From a virus (Duplodnaviria > Caudoviricetes), in the IMG/VR virus record IMGVR_UViG_3300013368_000005, positions 122,591-186,590 of that record: a stretch of 64,000 nucleotides of DNA; one strand, given 5' to 3'. Position 1 is the first letter of the stretch. Each line of letters opens with the position of its first letter. The position numbers and the translations under genes were made by a program. Positions 39,378 to 49,114 of this stretch are shown here, in pieces. The notes beneath the pieces are model-generated. The model worked only from the letters and a program-made list of their open reading frames with translations, did no database searches and had not been told where the DNA came from.

Positions 39378-40667
39378 ATGAAAATTCAAAAGATTGCTGT
39401 TAGAGGCGGTCATAATTATCAAGCCGCAGGTGCAGTTGGTATTATGAATGAAGTAACAGAAGATAGACAAGTGTATCCTGCTGTAATTAGATCTCTAAGA
39501 AAAGTAGGATTCGATGTTTTAGATGTTACTCCAGGAAACATGGATGTATCAAGTGATTTAGTTTATGGTGTTAGAAGAGCCAATGAATGGGGAGCAGATT
39601 TATTTATTTCTATACATTTTAATAAAGCTTACAATCATTATGATGGTAAAATCGGTACAGAAAGTTATGTTCATGATGCAGGAAGTACACAAGTAGCTCT
39701 AAGGATTAATGATAAATTGGTATCAGTAGGATTCGTAGGAGATAATGGCAGACCTAGAGGAGTTAAAGTAAATTCTGGCTATTATGAATTAAACAGTACA
39801 GATATGGTTGCTATTATAGTAGAGGTTTGTTTCTTAGAAGCAACTGGGGATGTAGCTCTTTATAGAAAACTAGGTCCAGATGCTATTGGGGAGCTTATAG
39901 CTGAAGGTATAGCAAATATGGAGATAGATGCTGCAAAACCATTACTACCAACCGTAGACACTAACTATGATGAATTATATAGAGTTAGAAGAACATGGAC
40001 AGATGTTGAAGGACAAAAAGGTGCTTATGGTAATCTTGAAAATGCTAAAAAAGCTGCAGATGGAAATCCAGGTTATAAAGTATTTAACAAAAAAGGCACT
40101 CAAGTATATCCAGCAACAAATTCAAATACCAATGCAGATGATGCTGCTCCATATAGAGTTAGAACTAGTTGGTCTAACTCAGGTTCACAAAAAGGTGCAT
40201 TCAGTATTTTAAATAATGCTATAAGTTCTGCTAAAGAACATGGTTCATCTTATAAAGTATATGATAGAACAGGCAAAACTGTTTATCCAAGTACATCTAC
40301 TCCATCAAACCCATCTATTATAACTTCTGGTCCAAATCCAACTATAGTATGGTCAGGTAAAAAAGATGATACTATAAAGGAATTACAAAAAATATTAAAA
40401 GATAAAGGTCGTTCTATATCTGTAAATGGTATATCAGACACTGCTCTTTATAATATATTAAAAGATAGTTATACAATAGAATTATTTGATAGAGGTCCAT
40501 TAACTAAATGGGTACAAGATAGATTAAATGCTCAAGGATACAACTGTGGATTTGCTGATGGGTATGCCGAACAAGCTACTATGGATGGTATTCAGAGAAT
40601 GCAATCTAAATATAAACTTGGTTTAGGTTTCTTAGGAGGTACAGATTGGTATTACTTATTAAAATAA
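39378..40667 (+). CDS. Endolysin: N-acetylmuramoyl-L-alanine amidase (Amidase_3) with cell-wall binding repeats
   Basis: GGH...E, SIHFN, IIVEVCF; two YRVR..W....QKGA repeats; C-terminal PG-binding-like domains. Confidence 0.9.
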   Translation: MKIQKIAVRGGHNYQAAGAVGIMNEVTEDRQVYPAVIRSLRKVGFDVLDVTPGNMDVSSDLVYGVRRANEWGADLFISIHFNKAYNHYDGKIGTESYVHDAGSTQVALRINDKLVSVGFVGDNGRPRGVKVNSGYYELNSTDMVAIIVEVCFLEATGDVALYRKLGPDAIGELIAEGIANMEIDAAKPLLPTVDTNYDELYRVRRTWTDVEGQKGAYGNLENAKKAADGNPGYKVFNKKGTQVYPATNSNTNADDAAPYRVRTSWSNSGSQKGAFSILNNAISSAKEHGSSYKVYDRTGKTVYPSTSTPSNPSIITSGPNPTIVWSGKKDDTIKELQKILKDKGRSISVNGISDTALYNILKDSYTIELFDRGPLTKWVQDRLNAQGYNCGFADGYAEQATMDGIQRMQSKYKLGLGFLGGTDWYYLLK

Positions 40668-40738
40668 GTAATAAAAAGTATTTAAAATAGGTGGTTTATT
40701 TTTTCCACCTATTTTATTTTTGTCTCATATTTAGATAG

Positions 40739-40881
40739 GCTTGTACATTTTTACAAAGTACAAAACATTTAAATATTTATATTTAAATTATATAAATTTA
40801 ATATATAAAAACAATAGATGTAAATATTCATGTTTCTACAATACATGATGAGAAGGTTGTCAAATCTCACTTCGTGAGATT
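40739..40881 (+). repeat. Dispersed structured intergenic element, copy 2
   Basis: Homologous to 20310-20443. Confidence 0.8.
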
Positions 40882-40994
40882 TTAAAGGATGAAGTAAATA
40901 GAATTTTTTTATTTACTTTTTACACTTGTCCAAACAATTTATTAATTTACATATTTATCCTAGATAAATATATTTTTTAAGGGGGAAATTAACT

Positions 40995-43865
40995 ATGAAG
41001 ATTACAGAACAAGGAATGAATATACTAGTAGAAAAGGAATATTTCAAAAAGGGAGAAACAGAATGGGAACACTTAGTAGATAGAGTTGCACATACTATTT
41101 CTAATGCAGAACCTACTACAGAATTGAGAAAAACAGTAAGAGATAAAATAAATAAAGCTATGAATAGAATGGAATTTTGTTTTAGTTCACCAGCTTTAAT
41201 TAATGCTAATCCAGATGTGAATAATCCAGGACAATATAGTTCATGTTTTATAATAGGGATAAAAGATGATTTAATGTCTATTATGGAGGCTGTACCAAGA
41301 ATGGCTAAAATATTTCAAAAAGCAGGTGGAGTAGGAGTATCTAATATATCTATACTAAGACCAGCTAAAACTACTGTAGAAAAAAGCAATGGGTATAGTT
41401 GCGGTCCTCTAGGATTTATGGAAATATATAATACTACAGCAGAAGTTATGACAAGAGAAAATAAATCAAAAAGAGGAGCATTAAAAATAAATATGGATAT
41501 CTGGCATCCAGATATCATAGATTTTATTAATTGTAAAAACGAAGATGGTAAATTACCATTAATGAATATATCTGTTTCTGCATATGATGATTTTGAAGAG
41601 GCAGTAGAAAAAAATGCAGATTGGGATTTAATATTTCCTGATTTTGAAACTATGGATAAGAAAGTATATGATAAAGAATGGAACGGAGATATATATGCTT
41701 GGAGAGAAAAAGGATATCCTATAAAAGTATATAAAACTGTAAAAGCTAGAGAATTAAAAAGAATGGCAGATGAAGCGATGTGGAAAAGAGGAGAGCCAGG
41801 GTGGAATTATCAATCTAGAATGAATAATGATAATAAAAATAAACACATTGGCACTATAATATATACAAACCCATGTAATGAATTCTCAAACTTAATAGAT
41901 ACAAGCTGTACATTAGGAAGTATAAATTTTATGACTTGTATATCCATTAGTAAAAAGGATGGAAAACCTTACGTAAACTATAGAAAGTTTAAAAAACTAA
42001 TAAAAGACGGAGTTAGATGGTTAGATGATATGGTATCTGTTAATAAATTACCATTATCGGAAATCCAAGAAATGTCTGATAAAATAAGAGCAATTGGATT
42101 GGGTATAATGGGATTTGGTACTTCACTATTTAAATTAGGTATTCGTTATGGAAGTAAAGAATGTATAAACTTTATTAACGAAATAGGAACTGTATTATAT
42201 GATACTGCATTAAAAGCATCAATGGAACTAGCAGATGAAAAAGGAGTATATCCTGCTTGGAAAGGAAGCGAATGGGAAAAACAAGGAATCAAAGTAAGAA
42301 ACTCTAATTTTATATCTATTGCACCAAATGGAACAATATCAACACTTGCAGGGGTTTCTGGAGGAATAGAACCAGAGTTTGCTCTTGTATATTGGAGAAG
42401 AACTAATAATGGTAATAGTTATCCATTCTTAAATCCTATATTCTTAGAAGCTATAGAAGCAATAGGTTTGGATAAAAACATTATACTCGAAAAGGTTCAA
42501 AATAATCATGGTTCTTGCCAAGGTATAGATGAAATACCACAAGAAATCCAAGATGTATTTGTTACTGCACATGATATAACTCCTGAGGAGCATATAAAAG
42601 TTGTAGGAGCATGGCAACAGCATACGGATTTATCTATTTCTAAAACGATAAACTTCAAGAATGATGCAACTGTAGAAGATATAAGCGATATAATCATGCA
42701 AGGATGGAAAGCTGGATGTAAAGGGTTGGCTGTATATAGAGATGGTAGTAGAAAGTTTCAAACACTTTCATCAACTAAGCAAGATGAGGATAGTGATATA
42801 ACTACACAAGTTATCAATATGGTAAAAGATTTGTCTGAAAGTGAGAAAATGGATATTATAAATAAGATACTACCTTCCAATAATATATCCGTTGAAAATA
42901 TTGAAGTTGGCGAAATTGGAAATCTAGAAGAATTATTAGTTGAAAATGAAAATAAATGTGCTACATGTACAGGAAATGCTTGTGGAAAACACGATCCAGT
43001 AGAATTATTAGGAGTAGATTATTCCACTAAAAAAAATAGCGATCATAGTGCTATAAATATAGCAGCACCAGAAATGAATACTGTAAGTAGAAAGGATTTT
43101 GGAGAAAAGTTAGCAGGGAATACTTATACTAGAGAGTCTGCATGTGGAAAATTTTATGTAACTTTAAACAGAGATCCTAGGAATGGAAAAATAATTGAAA
43201 CGTTTGTTAATGTAAAAAATGGGTTATGTAAATCTAATGTTGATGCTAATACTAGATTAATTTCATTATGTCTGAGAAATGATATTCCAATGGAAGATGT
43301 AATTGAGCAATTAAAAGGTATATCTTGTGCAGCATGTACTAATACACTAGCTAAAGGAAACAAAAAAATTGATGGTATATCTTGTCCAGATATTATGGCT
43401 AAATTATTAGAAAAAGAGTTGCAAATAGCAAAAAATAAACAACAAAAGAAAACAGTTGAATTTAATGAATTAGAAGAACCTTTATTTATAAATAAAGTAC
43501 AAAATGAAAGAGGTTTTTCAAATATAGTAAAAGAAACAACAGAGGCTATAAAAGAATACGCTTCAGATAGATTTGTAATGAATAATCCATTAGGAATAAA
43601 ACTAGACAATAAACCTACAACAGTAGAAGCAGCAAAATCTAAAGTATTCTATAACGCAGTTAAAAATAATCTTAATAAAGATAATAAAATATCACCAGCA
43701 GAATTAGATAGAATAAATTTAATGGAAAGATGCTATATTGCACCTTATGAAAAAGAAAAATCTAGAGAAGAATTATTAGCAGAGGGTATTTGTCCAGATT
43801 GTGGAAATGAACTTCCTCCTGGAAGATGTATACAATGTGTTCACTGTGGGTTTGCCACTTGTTAA
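40995..43865 (+). CDS. nrdJ: Class II (B12-dependent) ribonucleotide reductase with TSCPD and Zn-ribbon C-terminus
   Basis: SSCF, GGVG, TNPCNE, CTLGSIN, IAPNGTIS, SISKTIN, YRDGSR, SCPD, terminal CxxC motifs. Confidence 0.9.
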   Translation: MKITEQGMNILVEKEYFKKGETEWEHLVDRVAHTISNAEPTTELRKTVRDKINKAMNRMEFCFSSPALINANPDVNNPGQYSSCFIIGIKDDLMSIMEAVPRMAKIFQKAGGVGVSNISILRPAKTTVEKSNGYSCGPLGFMEIYNTTAEVMTRENKSKRGALKINMDIWHPDIIDFINCKNEDGKLPLMNISVSAYDDFEEAVEKNADWDLIFPDFETMDKKVYDKEWNGDIYAWREKGYPIKVYKTVKARELKRMADEAMWKRGEPGWNYQSRMNNDNKNKHIGTIIYTNPCNEFSNLIDTSCTLGSINFMTCISISKKDGKPYVNYRKFKKLIKDGVRWLDDMVSVNKLPLSEIQEMSDKIRAIGLGIMGFGTSLFKLGIRYGSKECINFINEIGTVLYDTALKASMELADEKGVYPAWKGSEWEKQGIKVRNSNFISIAPNGTISTLAGVSGGIEPEFALVYWRRTNNGNSYPFLNPIFLEAIEAIGLDKNIILEKVQNNHGSCQGIDEIPQEIQDVFVTAHDITPEEHIKVVGAWQQHTDLSISKTINFKNDATVEDISDIIMQGWKAGCKGLAVYRDGSRKFQTLSSTKQDEDSDITTQVINMVKDLSESEKMDIINKILPSNNISVENIEVGEIGNLEELLVENENKCATCTGNACGKHDPVELLGVDYSTKKNSDHSAINIAAPEMNTVSRKDFGEKLAGNTYTRESACGKFYVTLNRDPRNGKIIETFVNVKNGLCKSNVDANTRLISLCLRNDIPMEDVIEQLKGISCAACTNTLAKGNKKIDGISCPDIMAKLLEKELQIAKNKQQKKTVEFNELEEPLFINKVQNERGFSNIVKETTEAIKEYASDRFVMNNPLGIKLDNKPTTVEAAKSKVFYNAVKNNLNKDNKISPAELDRINLMERCYIAPYEKEKSREELLAEGICPDCGNELPPGRCIQCVHCGFATC

Positions 43866-43873
43866 TAAAAAAT

Positions 43874-43905
43874 AAAGAGAAGAGGAAATTCCTCTTCTCT
43901 TTTTT
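43874..43905. terminator. Bidirectional terminator
   Basis: AAAGAGAAGAGGAA-A-TTCCTCTTCTCTTT between convergent genes. Confidence 0.75.
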
Positions 43906-43916
43906 CCCTTACTAAT

Positions 43917-44252
43917 TTAAAAGTCCTTTATCTTTTGGTAGCCTTTATCTTTTATTTCTCGAATAGAGATTAATGTATCTTCCAACTTATTTATTATATT
44001 ATTGCTTAAATCTATTTCAATATATTCTAAAAAATCTACTATCTCTCCTACTTTTCTTATTTCTGATTTTATTATTCTTCTTTTCTTAAATTCAAATATA
44101 CTAGTAGCACTAAGATTCATATTATAATATAACAACATATCTATTGCAACGCTTCTAATTTCTAACATATATAATTTAACAATTGATCGTTTAGCATCAA
44201 TATCATTATTATGTTTCTTATAATATTCTATTGCTCTCATAAGATCTGACAT
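43917..44252 (-). CDS. Small helical protein (paralogue family)
   Basis: SIFEFKKRRIIKSE resembles SKFNFRLKRILKKE of the neighbour. Confidence 0.65.
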   Translation of the reverse strand: MSDLMRAIEYYKKHNNDIDAKRSIVKLYMLEIRSVAIDMLLYYNMNLSATSIFEFKKRRIIKSEIRKVGEIVDFLEYIEIDLSNNIINKLEDTLISIREIKDKGYQKIKDF

Positions 44253-44272
44253 ATTATTCTTTCCTTCTTTCT

Positions 44273-44620
44273 TTATATATTATAAGTATCTTTACATTTT
44301 TTATTCTCATTTCGAAATCTAAATATTGCTTTATCTCTTATATCCATGAGTATTTCTCTACTTTCATCTAATAGTTGTCTAGTTATCTCTTCTTCAGTGA
44401 TAGTACGTGCATGTAACATAATATCAGAAACCATATTATTTTCTTTCTTCAGGATTCTTTTTAATCTAAAATTAAATTTACTAATACTAGAATATGTTAT
44501 AGTATTAAAAGATAGAGTAATAGCTCCTAATTCAAATACTGTTTCTTTATAAAGTGATAATAAAAATGTCTTATCGCTTTCTAAATATTTATTATAATCA
44601 TCATTATTTCTTATTTTCAT
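44273..44620 (-). CDS. Small helical protein (paralogue family)
   Basis: MKIRNNDDYNKYL resembles MIIKNEEDYDKYI. Confidence 0.65.
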   Translation of the reverse strand: MKIRNNDDYNKYLESDKTFLLSLYKETVFELGAITLSFNTITYSSISKFNFRLKRILKKENNMVSDIMLHARTITEEEITRQLLDESREILMDIRDKAIFRFRNENKKCKDTYNI

Positions 44621-44647
44621 AAATATCCCCCTAATATAAATATTATT

Positions 44648-44980
44648 TTATTGAAGTTTAATACGGTTTCCCAATAAATCTATATAATTATAAAAATTTT
44701 CTAAAGAATTATATTCATTTAATATATCTGGCAAAATCTCTTCTAAATTATTCAATACATAATTAAATGATTTATTTAATCTTCTATACATACGCATAAG
44801 CTTTATAGAAATTACAAACATTTTTATTTTCATTATTATATTTAAGTCTAAATAGGTTGATTTAACTACATTATAAGAACTATTTGTTTTTTGCATTAAA
44901 TCTAATAATTTAGATTTAATTTTAGTTAAATATATGTCGTATATATATTTATCGTAATCTTCTTCATTTTTAATAATCAT
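44648..44980 (-). CDS. Small helical protein (paralogue family)
   Basis: Coupled to the upstream gene. Confidence 0.65.
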   Translation of the reverse strand: MIIKNEEDYDKYIYDIYLTKIKSKLLDLMQKTNSSYNVVKSTYLDLNIIMKIKMFVISIKLMRMYRRLNKSFNYVLNNLEEILPDILNEYNSLENFYNYIDLLGNRIKLQ

Positions 44981-45309
44981 TATTCGTCTACCCCCTCTAT
45001 CATATCATTTAATGCCAATTGGATATTTAAACATGAGATAAATAAACCATCTAATTTATCTTCTATATCAGTTATACCTTTTAATCCATCTATTACAAAC
45101 TTAATATAGTCTGTAGATTCCCTATTAATAACATTTATACGATTTGTAAATTCAATAAAAATATCTGTTTGTGGTTCTATTTCAATTAGATATCTTTCTA
45201 ATTTTTTACAAACATCTATTATTGCATTGAATTGTTCAATTTGATTTTTATATTTTTCCTTTCTTAAATCCTTTATTTCAGTAATCATTATTTTATCCCC
45301 CTTAAACAT
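44980..45309 (-). CDS. Small helical hypothetical protein
   Basis: First gene after the early promoter; start possibly MITEI after AAGGGG. Confidence 0.65.
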   Translation of the reverse strand: MFKGDKIMITEIKDLRKEKYKNQIEQFNAIIDVCKKLERYLIEIEPQTDIFIEFTNRINVINRESTDYIKFVIDGLKGITDIEDKLDGLFISCLNIQLALNDMIEGVDE

Positions 45310-45348
45310 ACTTTTGACCTATAGAGTTTATTCTCTATAGGTCATTGA

Positions 45349-45362
45349 TATAATATATAATT
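45349..45362 (-). promoter_or_regulatory. Early-type promoter AATTATATATTATA
   Basis: Exact 14-mer on the minus strand, followed by a hairpin at 45315-45344. Confidence 0.7.
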
Positions 45363-45366
45363 AAAA

Positions 45367-46236
45367 TTAATTTATAGTATATTCATTCATAAATGATTTA
45401 ATATCTGCATTAATATTGATAAAATCCCTTTCTATTGTATTATCAGGAATATTTAATTTATTGTATCCATAATTGAATTCAAGTAATAATATTTTTTCAT
45501 TAACAAATGATTCTAGTATAGCTTTCTTTATATTAATATTAAGTATCATTGGTGAATATGGTATTATAGTATAATTCTTTTTAATAAATGTAGTCAATAA
45601 ATTAGATCTTACTTTAGTATCTGTTACTATTAATTGGCTACTTGCAAGTTCATGTATATTTATTGCTGAAGTATTATTATTATAATTATCAAACCATATT
45701 AATCTACATGGATCTTTAGATTTATATTTTATACCAGATAGAATATTTTTAATACTTTTTATTTTCTGAAAATACTCTGGAAGCAAGTTGTACATTTCTG
45801 TTAACTTTGATTTGATAGAATTAAAATCCTGTACTGTATTTTCAAATATATTTACATCAAATATATAATCACTAAACAATCTGTTATACAAAATATAAGA
45901 TAAAATTGTTGTTGTTTTACCTGGATGCTGCCTTATTGCATTAACAAGGCAATTATTACCTTGGTGAAGTGCAGTAAGTAAGTTTATTCTTAAATTATTT
46001 GGAATAAAACTATTTCCTTCATCCAGAGGAATTGGAATATTTAAAACTTTATAATAGAAAAAATCTGCATCTTTTCTACATATATTAATTATAATCTCCT
46101 TTTGTTCCTCGGTTAAATTTGGGTTTGAGCAGTCAACTAGATTATATAAAACATCTAAGTCTTTATGCTCAAATTTAATCCCAAATTCTAAAGCTTGTTT
46201 TTCAAATGTTCGCATAAATGCAATATAATTATTCAT
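45367..46236 (-). CDS. Degenerate terminase-ATPase paralogue without nuclease domain
   Basis: Collinear with the TerL N-half: NPNLTEEQKEIII..C, IRQHPGKT, IWFDNY, YGYNKL; late promoter at 46269-46280. Confidence 0.7.
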   Translation of the reverse strand: MNNYIAFMRTFEKQALEFGIKFEHKDLDVLYNLVDCSNPNLTEEQKEIIINICRKDADFFYYKVLNIPIPLDEGNSFIPNNLRINLLTALHQGNNCLVNAIRQHPGKTTTILSYILYNRLFSDYIFDVNIFENTVQDFNSIKSKLTEMYNLLPEYFQKIKSIKNILSGIKYKSKDPCRLIWFDNYNNNTSAINIHELASSQLIVTDTKVRSNLLTTFIKKNYTIIPYSPMILNINIKKAILESFVNEKILLLEFNYGYNKLNIPDNTIERDFININADIKSFMNEYTIN

Positions 46237-46295
46237 AATTTATTATCCCCCTTGGATTTTTTTATATTTATATGAATGTTTTGCATTTATTTAAT

Positions 46296-46589
46296 TTATA
46301 CAAGTCTCTCCAATACAGTGATTCTTATATGTCTATATTCTAAAACTGTCATTTTTATATTTATTACATCCATCATAGCAGAAGAGGAAATTAATGTGAG
46401 CTTATCATAATTCTTATTAATGAGCTTATCAATTTCCTCCAATGCTTCCCTACTATTTTTTGCTATCTCCTTTAACTTAACATCTGAAGAATTTATAATT
46501 AATTTATTATGCTCATTTATTTCTGTCTTTGTTAATTCAATTACTTCATCTACTATTTTTTCTAATTCTTGAATTTCTTTAACCATCAT
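46296..46589 (-). CDS. Small helical hypothetical protein
   Basis: SD GGAGG. Confidence 0.6.
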   Translation of the reverse strand: MMVKEIQELEKIVDEVIELTKTEINEHNKLIINSSDVKLKEIAKNSREALEEIDKLINKNYDKLTLISSSAMMDVINIKMTVLEYRHIRITVLERLV

Positions 46590-46787
46590 TTGTAATTCCT
46601 CCCTTTTTATTTAGTAATTGTTTTTTTACATATAAGTTAGTTATCTTGTGAATGTAAATATATGGAATTACTTATGTTTGGGACAAGCTAAAAACATAAT
46701 AATCAAATAAACATATATATAAGAAGGGAAGGAGGATAAGAAATATGTTTAAATATAAATTTTTAATTAATAATGGAGGTGAAAATT

Positions 46788-48356
46788 ATGCTTCAATATG
46801 TAGATAAATATAGTGCTGGTGAATATCCATTCGGAATAACATTAGACAATCAAGATAATGTATATATTGTGGAATATAATAGTCATATATTAACAAAATA
46901 TGATTCGAATAAACAAAAACTTGCAGAATTTGGTACTCGTGGTATCATTAAAACTGATAATTATGGTTTACAAAAGCCTAGAGCTGTTGCAGTTGATCTA
47001 ATTGGAAATGTATATGTTGCAGATACTTATAATCATAGAGTCATTAAATTAAATTCTAACCTCGAATATGTATCTCAATTTGGAATAACCAATCAAGGTA
47101 AAAATGATAATACTGGATTACTTCATCCATCTGGCGTAACGGTGGATTCAATTGGAAATGTATATGTTGCAGATTATAATAATCATAGATTAGTTAAATT
47201 AAATTCTAATATGCAATATGTATCACAATTTGGTATTACATTATTAGCTGAAAGTGATACATCTGGATTAACTCTGCCAGGTGGATTATCTATTGATATA
47301 CACGATAATATATACGTAACTGATGGTACTACTGCGAATAGAATTATGAAGATAAATTCTATTACAATGAATTATATATCTCATGTAAATGTTTCTGTTA
47401 CAACCAATTATACTACTTCTGGAAGCGATATATTAACAGTGGCTGTGGATAAAAAAGGATTTATATACACTGCCGATCCTACCAATTATGTGGTATGTAA
47501 ATTTGATAGTAATTTACAATATATAGAAGAATTCAAATCTGATTCAGTTAAAGGTATATATTTAAAAAAAGTTTCAGGTATAGCTATAGATTCAGAAGGT
47601 TATGTTAACGTTGCAGATTATAATAACTGTGAAATATTTAGATTAGGTCGTGTTAAATCATTTATAAAGTTTTCTCCTATAGAAATAGAAAAACGCAAAA
47701 TAATTCAAGATGAACTTATAGCAAAACAAGGTCAAGTTATATTTTGCCCAGATTCTAAGCAAATGTATGTAGATGGAAGAGAGGGAAGATTTAAAGTATC
47801 AGACATAGAGTTTTTACAAACAGAACGAGATTTAGATTTTGTTAATACAAATGACTATAATGCTGATGGTAAATTTTATTTTATAAAGCAGAATGGAAGC
47901 GTATATATATACTCAGATGGATGGAATAAATTAATATCCAATGATGCTGTAAAAAAACTTGCTGTTTTATATCTCGGTACTAATAGATTGAAATTAGGAT
48001 ACCAACCTATGGTGATTGCTCCTGGAGAAAATATGATTATAGACTCAATTTGGGCAATTGCAGATATTCCTGGATCTACAAAACAAACTAAATTACAGTT
48101 ATCAATTGGAAATATGAACGATACTGGAGAGATATTATGGGAAGATCCTATAAATTTCCAAGATTCTACTATTATCTTTGAACCTAACGCATATCTATCA
48201 ACAGTTGCTCAAGGATTAAATTATAATATAAATTCTACAAGTCTAATAAAAATAGTTGTATTAGATACAGATATTAATATTAAAGGTATAACCATTAATA
48301 TTAACCTATTAACAATCCCTGAGTATAATATCACATATGCTCCTACACCATCTTAA
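46788..48356 (+). CDS. NHL-repeat beta-propeller protein, probably tail associated
   Basis: Repeated P.GVAVD..GNVYVAD..NHR units; late promoter at 46710; start MLQYV after GGAGGTG. Confidence 0.8.
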   Translation: MLQYVDKYSAGEYPFGITLDNQDNVYIVEYNSHILTKYDSNKQKLAEFGTRGIIKTDNYGLQKPRAVAVDLIGNVYVADTYNHRVIKLNSNLEYVSQFGITNQGKNDNTGLLHPSGVTVDSIGNVYVADYNNHRLVKLNSNMQYVSQFGITLLAESDTSGLTLPGGLSIDIHDNIYVTDGTTANRIMKINSITMNYISHVNVSVTTNYTTSGSDILTVAVDKKGFIYTADPTNYVVCKFDSNLQYIEEFKSDSVKGIYLKKVSGIAIDSEGYVNVADYNNCEIFRLGRVKSFIKFSPIEIEKRKIIQDELIAKQGQVIFCPDSKQMYVDGREGRFKVSDIEFLQTERDLDFVNTNDYNADGKFYFIKQNGSVYIYSDGWNKLISNDAVKKLAVLYLGTNRLKLGYQPMVIAPGENMIIDSIWAIADIPGSTKQTKLQLSIGNMNDTGEILWEDPINFQDSTIIFEPNAYLSTVAQGLNYNINSTSLIKIVVLDTDINIKGITININLLTIPEYNITYAPTPS

Positions 48357-48420
48357 ATTATATAAATAATACTGTTTTAATTTTAACAATATAGTAATTA
48401 AAAATAAGGAGGTATGCTTA

Positions 48421-49050
48421 ATGGCAACACAAGGAAAACCAATTATCTCTTGGTGGTGGGACTACATGGAGAGTGAAGTTAAGAAATACGATTATGCAGG
48501 ACAAAAAGGCGGTATTGGTACTAAAAATCAATGGGATATCGGAGTTGTAAGAGCTGGTAATGAAGCAACAGTAGATGAAACACTTCAGACTTTCTATATT
48601 TGGAATAATAAATCTGGTGTAACTGCTGTACAAAATATGACTAATTGCGAATTAACAATAAGAGATGGTAACTATACAGATGGAAGCTATCATGAAGGTA
48701 ATGCTGATTCCCCTCTAGTTACTGGAAGATGGATTGAGGCTAGAACATTTAAATCAGTAAAAGATAGTACTGGAACTGAAACACCAAGTAGCTGGACTCC
48801 AATTGGATTATCAGATTTAGGAGCGATAGCTAAAATTAATTTTGAAGCTCTAGGAGATGGAACCACAGGTTCAGTAGATACATTCCAAGCAAATGAAATT
48901 TCAGGGGCTGTAAATACTGGTACATTTGATTCACAAACAGATAAAAACAATTATGCTAAAGTTCAAATGAGATTAAAAGTACCAGCAGATGCTGAAGCTG
49001 GAGAAGTTGCATTTATAGCAAGAATTTATTATTCTTCAAGAGTAGTATAA
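48421..49050 (+). CDS. Probable virion structural protein
   Basis: Own late promoter (48385), SD AAGGAGG and terminator; G/T/A rich. Confidence 0.6.
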   Translation: MATQGKPIISWWWDYMESEVKKYDYAGQKGGIGTKNQWDIGVVRAGNEATVDETLQTFYIWNNKSGVTAVQNMTNCELTIRDGNYTDGSYHEGNADSPLVTGRWIEARTFKSVKDSTGTETPSSWTPIGLSDLGAIAKINFEALGDGTTGSVDTFQANEISGAVNTGTFDSQTDKNNYAKVQMRLKVPADAEAGEVAFIARIYYSSRVV

Positions 49051-49053
49051 CAT

Positions 49054-49093
49054 TAATGTAGCAGAGAAATCTGCTACATTATCATTTTTTTTT
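49054..49093 (+). terminator. Intrinsic terminator
   Basis: TAATGTAGCAGA-GAAA-TCTGCTACATTA followed by a T tract. Confidence 0.7.
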
Positions 49094-49114
49094 ATATATA
49101 AGGGAGGAATATTT

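Noticed and set aside
46745-46807. 20-aa ORF with a strong SD overlapping the NHL gene start
   Set aside because: Too short to support; it may be a remnant or leader.
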